Origin: Azolla caroliniana
Lineage: Eukaryota > Plantae > Polypodiophyta
NCBI GenBank assembly: GCA_043228905.1
Contig: JBHGNT010000020.1
Span: 10,354,001-10,418,000 of the forward strand
Reading direction: 5' to 3'
DNA: 64,000 nt
Part shown: in pieces, positions 23,609 to 35,198 of the stretch
Layout: every line of letters starts with the position of its first letter
Position numbering within the stretch: the first letter of the stretch is position 1
Translations under genes and position numbers: made by a program
The notes under the pieces: generated by a model
Seen by the model: the letters and a program-made list of their open reading frames with translations, nothing else
Told to the model about the DNA's origin: nothing
Database searches by the model: none

Positions 23609-25973
23609 CCAGATTATAATAATTGGTTGGGTTAGTAATGATTTCCACTAGGTTACTACGACTTCTCAAGTTACTTGGCTAGAGCTAGGTTAGTAAAGTC
23701 ATGGCAGGATTGATCCAAGTTAGCCAATCCATCGGCGGGGTTAGTCATATCATGGCTGGATTGACCCGAGTTTGGCAATCCTTGGGCTAGGTTAGAAAAA
23801 CCATGACATTAAAATGACCGGGTTAGAGATTACAATGGCCGGGTTAGAACATCCAAGTTCCTATGTTAGTTGTTACAAAGGCTAATCAGAGCCGGGTTCG
23901 TAGCAAGTCACACACTTTTTTTTGGATAATGATCTAATGATGCAAATCCCATGCAATTATTGAAACGCGCCACACAACATCCGTGACCGTGATTCCCTAA
24001 CGAGGCTTCTTTATGATTTGGTAGCAAATAGACTCATGGGTGTTTAGGTTGTGTTGTTGAAATTTGGGGACAAGGAGCTTTCAATCTCTGTGAGCCTTGC
24101 TCTGTTTGCTATGTCTCGATGGCGAGAGGGGAATAGTCATATAAGAAAAAAGGGGATTATGAATTCCCCTTTTCATATAATTTTTAGAGATAATTTGAAA
24201 AAAGTGTCATTGTGTGAAACATTTTATAGCAAGTCACAATGTGGGGCAAATAGCGTTTTCCTAAATATAATCAATAAATATTAATTTCAAAAGTCTACCC
24301 TAATGCATACAAACTTAAGCACACCCACAATCACATATATATAAATAAGTATAATTGCAATTACACAAACATATGAATATGCATATGCACGCATAAGTAC
24401 ACATATTTACTTGCACACCAATTTCACATCCATATATATGCACCCTAACATACAAACTTGTACGCATACGCATTCACGTGCTCATGCATGTGTGCACAGA
24501 TTTAATACAAAAACATGGGCACACACACACACACACAATTTATAAACTAAACAACATTGTTATTAAGAATAAAAAGTATACATGCTAAGACATGAGGGCA
24601 AGAGACAAAATGCTAAGAATATAAGGTTTTATAGTCAAGCCAAATCAACATCTACTCTAATGTTGGCAAAGAGTGTAGGTTTTGGTGTTAGACACTCAAT
24701 TAAGCTACGCTTAATCACCCTTCAACTAAAACACATTAGCTTTGTAGTCTTAATAACTATTTTGAAAAGATAAGACGATATGAAATACATAAATTAACCC
24801 CAAGAGTTTAATTGCTAATTAAAGCTCAACCACTTCATGCAATTTAGCCTAAGTTCTAACTTCTAATTAACAATGATTTTGATTGGGACATAGGGCCTAG
24901 AGAAGGTTTACAAATGGATGATTAGAGAGGATTTTTTTTTTAAGAAGGAAGAACTTGTTCCAGAAATATCAAGAAATTAAAGAGTTGTGATAAAAAAGTT
25001 CTAAAGTGACTTTTATATTCTCATTAGTCTTGGCCTTTTAACACTAAGTGATTTTTCTATTTAGTTTCCTTCTCCCTTGTTTCTTCCATCCACTTCTTCG
25101 TAGTTCTCTTCTTATTTGTCCACATCTTCTATGTTTTCTTGGTTACCAATGACATTGCTTATGTCCTTGCAATATGCATTGATGTCTTATGTGATAAGAG
25201 CTTAACATCAACCCTAACCTAGTGGGTGCATATTCTAGGGTGCATTTGGCAATCAACAATCAAAATCATCAAGATTGAAATGCGAATATTTAAGGAAAGG
25301 ATAGAGTTGAGAATGTTAGTAGGGAACGGAAAGGAGCAAGAGTGGTGTTGGGTGGGAATTGGGGGCATTATGATGGGCTAACGCTAGTGAGGTAAGCATC
25401 AAGAAAGACTCTAGAGTTCGAGTCAAGTCAAAGAGGGCAAGGAGAGTGGTCCAATATGAGCGTTTGAGAGGGCGGAGTAAAGTATGTTTTGGGAAGGTGT
25501 GTTGGAGGCATTAGATATTGATGAGGGGTGAAGGGTTTGAGGCATTAGATATCGATAGTGGATTGGGTTTCAGCCAAATCAAAAAGCAAAAAACCATGGC
25601 TTGTCCATTTAGATGGTTTGATTCAATTTGTGTAGGTTTAGAAATTTGCAAACTATTTGGTTTGGCTTGGGAGGTCATGGGTTTGCTTTGCTTTGCTTTG
25701 AGCCTTTATCAACTTAATGATTTGTGGTTTAAATGACTTCAAATTATGGCTCAAATGGATTAACGGTTGGCTTCAAACCGTGGCATAAACAGTTTAATTG
25801 TTTGACATGATTTGAATGTCTTCAAACCATGTCTTAAATGGCTTCATTAGTTATAAATATTTATTCAATACGAATTAATGTTACAAACTTAAGAGTTGTA
25901 AACTATTAACATATTAAACTATAACGTTTGGAATCCAATAGAATGTTTAGGAGCAAATTTTTGTTAGAGAATT

Positions 25974-26929
25974 TAACAATCGGCAATGATTCGGTTTGGT
26001 TCGAGAGTGTCAAAACCAAACCAATTTAAAATCGAACCATTTAAAAATTTAGAAATGTTAAGTAATTAGGTAATTAACTAGGGTTAATTAGAGACTAATT
26101 ATATGGTTACGTTAAGCAGCGGAAGATTAGTATGATATGCACGTGAGAGTGTGTGAGAGGAAGAGAGAGAGAGAGGAAGTTACACTTATGAACACGAAGA
26201 TAAATGGGGGATGATTGACTATATTGAAAAGTGTCATCAACTTACAAAAATACCCACAATGAGGTATATATACAACCCATGTGCAAAGGTGCACATGTGT
26301 GGGTAGAACATAGGTACTTATGTGTAAGTCCTACATTAAATGTACTAAGGAGTGGAGGATCTAGAATATCCCACTTAAGTACAAGGTCCTATTTAAAGGC
26401 TTAAGGTCAACACATTAACTAGATTCGATCTAGGTAACTACTAAGTTACATGTGTTGACTAACTAGATTAAACTAGTTGAGCTTGATATCTTAACAAGAA
26501 ACTTGAACCAAATTGAACCACGTACAACCATTTAAACCAAAACCCGTTTAAAGTTAACCGTTACAAATAATCCAAACCGTTAAACCGTTAGGTGAAAATT
26601 CAAATTTTAAAATTTTAAAATTTTAAATTTTCATTATTTCAATTTTCAAATTTTCAAAATTTTAAAGCTTTTTCCTAATATTTGAGAATTAGGCTTTAAA
26701 ATGAAAAGGTTGAAGAAATATTTTAAGAAAATCAAATTGGTAACCCTAAACCATCAAACCATTTAAACTGAACCAAACCATTCACCTTCCAAACCAAACC
26801 AAATTGTGGCTTAATGGTTAAACAGTTTATAAATCTCTTAAACCATTTCATTTTAGCTTGGAAACCCCACAAAATTTTGGTTGAAATGGTTTTGCAGTTC
26901 GGTTTGATTCCTAATTGAAAGCAATGTTA
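25974..26929. mobile_element. Degenerate hAT-type MITE of the same family as 62341-62774
   Basis: Starts TAACAATCGGCAATG.TTCGGTTTGG, has many AAACC/GGTTT subterminal motifs and ends TGTTA; no TSD recognised. Confidence 0.65.
26056..26496 (-). mobile_element. Solo LTR of the outer-Copia family inserted in the MITE
   Basis: Reverse-complement homology to 5100-5347 + 11118-11311; TGTTAAG...CTTAACA; perfect TSD AGAAA. Confidence 0.93.
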
Positions 26930-29248
26930 CTGGGTGTCGACGATCGTGACTTGTCAGCAAGAGAGGGAGAAAATAGAAAAAGATGAAGACAGAATGTAGA
27001 CACACACACACACACACACAGAAGAAGAAGAAGATTGGAAATGGAAATGAGTTTATATTATAAGAGAACAAGGGTGACAAAAGTAGTATAAGGGGCTAAA
27101 GACTAGTGTTGAACCGAATGAGTTGTGATAAATGTATGGACACCTATTTATAGGTCCTTATGGAGTATTCTAGAATGTTCTAGAATACTCTAAATATCTT
27201 GTAATAACTAGCATAATTATTTTACCTATATATTATATATGTTATTATAATGGTTAAAGGTTTAACACATAGACCAAGAAATTGTGGGTTCGAATCCCTG
27301 TAATCCAAAATGTATGTCTTCAAGACATTATCTCCCTTTTTCGACGACAAGTTCCACGAGTCGGAAGACAAGTGTTCGCACTTGGCGTATGGGGATATTG
27401 TTGTGAAATGCAACAACCATGTCGGAGGCATTAGCAACATGCTCGGTAGTCTCCCATGTTAGATCATTAGGTGTATAACCTAACTAGTCAACCAAATAAT
27501 ATAGTTTGTTGCAAACGATCTTGGAGTTCGAGAATGGCAGCAACTTCATATTCAGAGCCATCAGAAACTTCGATTGAAGGTGGGGGTGATGTAAGACAAC
27601 CCGAAATAGAGTTTGTTGTGTAGGGTTCCAAAAGTGAAACATGGAAGACCGCGTGAAGACGTATATGAGGTGGACGATCAAGGTGAAATGCCACATCATT
27701 GACCTTAGCAGAGATCACATATGAGCCAAAACGTTGATAATCAAGTTTGCAACAAGGTCTGGTGGTTCTAATGCTACCTTCTTGTTGTTCGGCCGACAGT
27801 CAATTACTATACGTAGCCAACACAATAGGTCGAACGTTCCGATCCGAACGTTCTATCAAGATGATTGTGGTAGAAGGATGGATAGACAAACTAGTTAGCA
27901 AATAGGACTTGCTACTTGAGTAACCTTGATTGACTATAAGATCTTAATATAATACTTAGTGAGCAAAACAATTCAGAGGTCGACACTTCGAATAACAATG
28001 AATAGAGAGACATGTCAACACAGAGATACTCTAACCACTAACTATATTAATTTCCAAAATAGAACGATAACTTTACAATGCTTTCGGTCCCTCATTTATA
28101 GGTAAAACCGAGAGTGTCTCTTTCCAAGATTGCACCTGTCTATATTCGGCAAGAACTAGCACAAAATTGTTTAACTAATTCTAATATATATTTTCTACTT
28201 GGCAAAATAAATATTGTTGATTCATTGATCCGACTCCGACTCTTCTATACTTCCGAACATCTTCAACTCTGACCCTTTCACACTTGTCCGATTTTGACAT
28301 CCCGACCTTGTAGCTAAGCAGCTAACACTTGGCACGCTTGTGGGACAGTGCCTTGCATGGTCGAACCCCTTGTCATATCCTACATCTGATTTGTTGTGGA
28401 GTCGGGGTCGTCGTTGTCATGGAGAATGTCGAACAATGACGGTTCTTCTTCTGTTCCATGATTGGTGTCAGTCACATTCGTGTGTTTGTCCTGCCTTTTA
28501 GCATCTTCAACCTGTGGTTGGTCAGTAGAAGCTCCAAGTTCTACAGCCTGCTGCCGACGTTCTCATTTGTAGCCATCTAAGTGTACCGAAGTGTCGATGT
28601 CATGGGCATCAAATTCCTCCATAAGGTGTGTGATCTCCTCCCTATGGCTGGTCACTAGTTCATACAAGTCGCAGGCAAGGTCTTCTTGGACCACTATAAT
28701 GGCTTCTTCGCTCACCTTGAAGAATCATTGGCCCTATTTGTTACGGTTATCCCTGTCAGCGCATAATAATTGCAGTTTTGTTGCCTGCACCGACCAGGTC
28801 TTCCAACCGTTATCGAGGATATCAGTGACCAACTTGAGTGTTTTTAGCTTGTGAGCCTTTAGGATTTGTCGAACTTTGTCTTTGCCCATATTGACCTGAG
28901 ACTGCATCGTGGCCAGTTCCTTATGCATCTCGACTATCTAAGCATCTGTCGACCCTGGTTATGTCATTAATTTCGCTTCGGCAACTAGTAAGGCCAACCG
29001 TTTGTGTTCATATTTCATTTCGAGTTTGCCACAAATACGTGTTAATGCAGTATTTGACGACTTGAGGCGTTCCTTCTCCTTGCTCATACCTTGTCGACAC
29101 CGTTCTAGACACAGTCATAAATGCTCGAAATGATCGTTTTTTCTACTATATACGACAAAATCATCAAGGAATACCTGCATAAATGCAGGGATATAATTAG
29201 TGAAAATTTCCTGAATAACACTTTGAAATGTCGCCGGAGTTGTTTTTA

Positions 29249-30597
29249 GGGAAAAGCAGCAGGATACCCCTGGAAGTTTGTTTATTTACCAACATGCCCC
29301 TAGAAGTTCCAAATTTACCAAACTACCCCTATATCCAAAAAAATACACTTTATAAAGTAATTATACACTCAAATCTACAAGCCCTATTTACTAGAATACC
29401 CTTCAAACACAAATTTCTTACTACCATATCCCCCCCCCCCCCCCCGTCATTATATATGTATGTATGTGTGTGTGTGTGTGTGTAGATAGAGAGAAACAAA
29501 TATCAGAGATACATATTAATAGCTCATAATAGAAGCTCATCTTTTTAACAAACAACTAGTAGAGGAGCACAGAGAAAAAGAGAGGAAAAGAACATTTAGA
29601 GAGAGAGAATTGATTACAAACATGGTGTGCAACCGCAGCAGAAGAAGAAGAAGAAGAAGAAGGTTAAAAATAGTTGTAGTTAGTGACCATTACCATTACA
29701 ATCACTAATCTTTCTACCTGTCTACCCTAATTATCCATTCATCCATCTATCCGTGTCTGTGTGTGTGAGCGTGAGTAGCATACATATATATAGAAGTCAA
29801 TGGAGGTGGTCCAACCTTCCACATTCATGTTGAGTAGTAGCCTGAGGAGCTTATCTTCAGATTACCTCACCCTTCTGGACTGTGGCCCTGACCGATTCGT
29901 GGACATTGCTTTCTGCATAGACAGCCGAACCTATGCCCTCATCTACGCCCATTGTTGCATCATGTCGGCTCGCAGCCCCTTCTTCCGCCTCATCTTCTCC
30001 CCCTCTTCCTCTTCTACTTCTTCTTCCTCCTCCTCCTCCTCATTTTGCAATTCTTCTACCTCCTCCTCCTTTCATCCGCCTCAATCTCATTCCCCACTAT
30101 GCTAGTAGCATCTCTGTGAGCCAATGCTACCCTAACCAACAACAGTCTAATCTTCAGGGCCAGAACCAGATTGTTTCTTCTTCTATCACCGGGAGTCCCG
30201 CCAGCAATTCTCCAACAGGTATATTGAGTAACTAGGAGGCCGGTGCAGCTCAAATCCATGGGGACAAAGATGTCATTCCCGTCGATATAGTCTCATATGA
30301 TGCATTTGTTGCTTTGCTTTGCTTCCTCTACACCGGCCAATTGATCATCGATCCATCCTCTACCAAAATACTAGGCCCCGCACTGCCCCTTCACTACAAT
30401 CTACCGTATGCCCCGAACATGGTAAAAAGAAATTTGTGTTTGAAGGGTATTCTGGTAAATAGGGCTTGTAGATTTGAGTGTATAATTACTTTATAAAGTG
30501 TATTTTTTGGGACATAGGGGTAGTTTGGTAAATTTGGAGCTTCCAAGGGCATTCTAGTAAATAGACGAACTTCCAAGGGTATCTTGGTACTTTTCCC
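29249..30597. mobile_element. Pack-MULE (non-autonomous Mutator-like element)
   Basis: About 170-bp TIRs GGGAAAAG... (29249-29419 / 30427-30597); 9-bp TSD TTGTTTTTA/TTCTTTTTA; removal restores RT MMFGLKTTPATFQ of B. Confidence 0.95.
29800..30360 (+). pseudogene. Captured 5' fragment of a BLADE-ON-PETIOLE/NPR-family BTB/POZ gene
   Basis: SLRSLSSDYLTLL..FVDIAF..AHCCIMSARSPFFRLIF...VIPVDIVSYDAFVALLCFLYTGQ parallels the BOP N-terminus; stops and frameshift; no ankyrin region. Confidence 0.88.
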
Positions 30598-30833
30598 TTC
30601 TTTTTAATCCAAACATCATTACGACTGCGACAAACACTCCCCATTTCGTGACAAATGTTGTCTTTTCCTGATCTTCTGGGTGCATTCAAACCTGATTATA
30701 GCCATTAAAGTTGTCCAGAAAGCTGTAAATTTTGTGACCTGCCACTACATCCAAAACTCCATCCGTAAATGGTAATAGAAATGCATCCGTTATTATGGCC
30801 ACATTCAACTTCCTATAGTCGACACATACCCGG

Positions 30834-31541
30834 TGTCGCGTTGTTACGCGCGTGCATGTACAAAGAGGCGGGACCACGGGGGCCTTGAACCGAAGAGCGA
30901 GAGAGAGAGAGAGAGAGAGAGGAGAGGAGAGGAGAAGAGAAGAGATTTGCAAATACACAAATGGGAGAAGGAAAGAGAAAGAAACGACACACTTAATTAC
31001 AGTAACAATCGATTACAATATCAAGAGATTACAAACTCTAACGATTACAACCGGCAAGGCGGCGATGGACCCGACACGGGGATCCTACTCACGCACACAG
31101 ACAGAACACACTGGACCCCATGAAAAAAGAAGCGTAGAAGGGAGAGCCTCTACTGGCAGCGCACGGGCTACCCCCGAAGCAGAGGCGTCGAACTCCCAGC
31201 ACCCACAGAGAATGACGATCCGAGGAGGAGAGAGAGCTCGGCACTCGGTCCTGCAACCCTTCGTCCTCCCTAACGCGCGATCCCTTTTCTTCCTTCTCTC
31301 CCTCCTTAAATAGTTCGCAAAAAGGGGGTGCCCCTTTCTCCCTAGTCAAAACCGCTTTATTCCCTGTCCCTTTCGACAGAGATACGCACAATCCCTAATA
31401 AATGTATACTACCTAGTATTTACATCAGCCGATCCAATTATGAATCATGTTCAAAACATCAATTCACGCGTCCACCCATGTAAGAGCCGGTTCATGCGTC
31501 TTTTTCTCCAATTCCGCCTATGGCCGGTTTTCTTCACGACA
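30834..31541 (-). mobile_element. Solo LTR related to the G family, inserted in RT of B
   Basis: TGTCGCG...CACGACA; 4-bp TSD CCGG/CCAG; removal restores KKNGKIRVCVDY. Confidence 0.88.
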
Positions 31542-31767
31542 CCAGATCTTTCCATTTTTCTTGGGTACGACTACAATTGGACTTAACCAACCTGTCTTTT
31601 TTACTGGTAGAATAAAACCGACCCCTGAGGAGTTTGTTGATTTCCTCCTTAACTTTCACAGTATAGTTCAGATTTTATTTGATACTGATAGGCTTGATCT
31701 AATCCCTTCATGTCTTCAAATGACCAAGCAAACACATCTTTATATTGACGCAATAAATAGGTCATCT

Positions 31768-32568
31768 TGTTAAGAAACAAGTCTCTCCGGATGGGAAGTG
31801 AGAAGAACAGTGTTGATGAGCAAACTCGGCCGAGGCCAAATCCAGATGTGGAGTACCCGGTGAGAACCGGATGAGGAGTACCCGGCTACGGAAGACCCGG
31901 TGAGAACCGGATGACGAGTACCCGGCAAGAGCCGGATGGTGAAGACCCGGTGAGAACCGGATGTGGAGTACTCGGCAAGAGCCGGATGGTGAAGACCCGG
32001 TGAGAACCAGATGTGGAGCACCCGGCAACGGAAGGCCCGGTGGGAACCGGATGACGTGTGCCCGGCAAGTGCCGGATGATGCAGGCCCGGTGAGGAGTGC
32101 TCACCGAATGAAGGGACATATTCATAAATATGTTTTCTGAGAGTCCATCGAGCCTATATTTGTAAATAGCTGAAAAGTCATATTAGTATAAATATGACTT
32201 AGAGCAAACTTAGTATATGTGTTGTTGTCATTCTTGTTGGCGCTAGATTAGAGAGTGAGTAATAGTGTACAGAGAGAGAGAGAGAGAGAGAGGATGAGGT
32301 CGTTGCCTCTATTGTAACCGCCGCTTGTGGCGAAGATCGTGAGCACGAGGTCGTTGCCTCTGTGAGCTCACTGTTGTAATCATTGTGATATAGTGATAGT
32401 TTGGAGTCTGTGAACTCCCGTGGTTTTTCCCTCTCAGGGTTTTCCACGTTAAACATCCTGTGCACTCTTCTCTCCTTTGTGTCGTGCGTTCATTATCCGT
32501 TTTCTGTGTTTGATTTTAGACTCGGTTGTGGCCGAGCGTTGTTCATCAGGAGCGTGTAGTTCCTGTCA
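31768..32568 (+). mobile_element. Solo LTR of the Copia C family with CCGG-rich tandem repeats
   Basis: TG...CA; perfect TSD CATCT; homology to the LTRs at 35439 and 48764. Confidence 0.92.
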
Positions 32569-33820
32569 CATCTTTGCTTTATTAGCTGGCTCCATTTCCT
32601 TAGCTATTAGGATGGTCTTGGGTTTGGCGTCAGCATCAACTAAGTTTAAGTCTTCGAGTGCCGATGCTTGAACTCTTTGGGACACCTGCATCTCCCTTTC
32701 TGTGGCTTCCTGTTGCAGTCATAATTCCTTCAATGTTTTGTCATCCTCAGAAACATCTTCTTCTTTATCTTCTTCCCCCATATAAGGCGTAAGTGTCTGT
32801 AAGATGTCTACTTCGAATAGTGGAATGATCTTTGGATTGTCTTCAAAATATCGATCTTCTTCGAACTCACTCAAAACTTCCATCATATTTACTACTACAT
32901 GAACTGGTGAACATTGTCGAGTCGTACTGACCTTTTCATGTGTTGACATCCAAATTTTATTCTTTCCCTTTTGGAATGTTAAGGTGTTCTTGTTCCAATT
33001 CTGTTTAATATTTGTTGTTTTAAACCAAGGTCGTCCTAATCATAATGGATATGCACCTGGTGCCTCCAAATGAAGTACTATTGCCCATATTTGAAAAGTG
33101 TGACCCACTACAACGATATCTAATTGACGAATTAATCCCAACGGTCGGATTGTACTCGTGTCAGCCATTCTTAACCAGAAAGGACATGCATCCCATTTGG
33201 TAATTCTGAGCCAATCACATGTGAACTTATTGATCACATTTACCCCTGATCCGTCGTTGACAATAGTGTCGGTGACTTCCTGACCCCGAATCACTTTTTT
33301 TATTGATGGACTCTGTTCATCCATTATTGTCGATCCGGTGATCAGATTGTTGTAATTAACCAACACTTTTTCAGCCTCATTCTTCACAATAATTGTTGCA
33401 ACCTTCGTGAACTTGGGCACTAATTTTAATAATCCCGTCAAGGGTAATGACACTTGGCAATCTGCCAAGATTTTCCATGTTTCTTCATCTTCAGTCGACG
33501 TTTGTTGTGCCGATTGTCCAACTGGTTGTGCATCGATGGATGCCGCATTGTCTTGTATCATTCTGGCGACATTGTTGTTGTTGGCGTCCTCAACCCATTC
33601 CTTAGCCGCCTTTTGTACTGCTTCCTACACCTCCCACTCCGATTGTTTGCCTTTACTATGAGTGGTTACTTGTTCTATTTCCGATACCACCATATTTTTT
33701 GTCGGTGCCTTCCCTTCATCTTTTGTCGGGCATTGATTTGCATACTGTCCATCTTTTTTGCATATGTAGCAATTTGGACCTAATGAGCCACTAGATTCTC
33801 TGGGTTCATAATGTGGTCGA

Positions 33821-35198
33821 CGAGCATCCTGAGATTCAGAATTATCCTTGTCTCTGGAATCATGTTGCAATTGTCGAGACCCTTTCGGCTTTCGGTTGTC
33901 ATTAAATCAACGATTTGACAGTCGATTATCCTCATTTCTTTTATAGTTATTGGACCTTGGGTCGTCCTGATAACGACTTCCCCTGTAGGGTTGTCGGTTA
34001 TTGTTATCTCGTCGGGGTGAGTGGTCCCGATCATAATTCCCGTTGGTAGTCATCTTGACGATCCTCATCATATCGGTCATTACGCTGATATTCACTACGT
34101 CGATAATCGTCTCTGCGATTATCCACTCGACGGCCATCATTCCGCCGGTTATCATCTCGCCGCTCTAATTGATACCGATCATCATATTTTGATCAATCGT
34201 CATCATGCGACCAATCCCGATTTTCCTGATAATTATTTTCAAGATGAATTTGCCGAACCGGTGCGACTGTTCTATTGAGCATATTATACTCACACTGCTC
34301 GACTGAATGAGCTTTGGAATGGCAAATTGTATAATAAGTGCGTAGACTACACTCTATTGTCGAATGCCCTATGTTGAGGCAAGTAGTACATTGAACAACT
34401 TGCCAGAATTTGAGCTCTTCTAATGTAGTAAGTTCTAATGTAACGCTGACATGTTCATACTTGTCTTATTGTGTGTTTGATCCATTGCCATAGCCTTATC
34501 GACCACTTACGAGCATCCTGAGATTCAGAATTATCCCTGTCTTTGGAATCATGTTGAAATTGTCGAGACCCTTTCGGCTTTCGGTTGTCATTAAATCGAC
34601 AATTTGATGGTCGATTATCCTCATTTCTTTTATAGTTATTGGGCCTTCGGTCGTCCTAATAACGACTTCCCCTGTAGGGTAGTCGATTATTGTTATCTCG
34701 TCGAGATGAGTGGTCCCAATCATAATTCCCATTGGTAGTCATCTTGACGATCCTCATCATATCGGTCATTACGCCGATATTCACTATGTCGATAATCGTC
34801 TCTGCGATTATCCACTCAACGGCCATCATTCCGCCGGTTATCATCTCGCCGCTCTGATTGATACCGATGATCATATTTTGATCGATCTTCATCATGCGAC
34901 CGATCCCGATTTTCCTAATAATTATTTTCAGGATGAATTTGCCGAACTGGTGCACCTGTTCTATTGAGCATATTATACTCACACTGCTCGATTGAATGAG
35001 CTTTGGAATGACAAATCGTACAATAAGTGCGTAGACTACACTCCATTGTCGAATGCCCTATGTTGAGGCAAGTAGTACATTGAATAGGTTGCCGGAATTT
35101 GAGCTCTTCTAATGTAGGTAAGTTCTGGTGTAACGCCGACATGTTCATACTTGTGTTATTGTGTGTCTGATCCATTGCCATAGCCTTATCGACCACTT
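33821..35198. repeat. 689-bp tandem duplication within gag of B
   Basis: Units start cgagcatcctgagattcag at 33821 and 34510. Confidence 0.93.

Noticed and set aside
23620-23900. Imperfect GGGTTAG repeats as an interstitial telomere
   Set aside because: The motifs are spaced about 30-40 bp apart in degenerate units, more like transposon subterminal repeats; no termini found.
27243-27298. Functional tRNA gene
   Set aside because: No acceptor or anticodon stems can be formed; kept only as an A/B-box module.
30314-30689. ORFs resembling 29228-29485
   Set aside because: These are translations of the Pack-MULE terminal inverted repeats.
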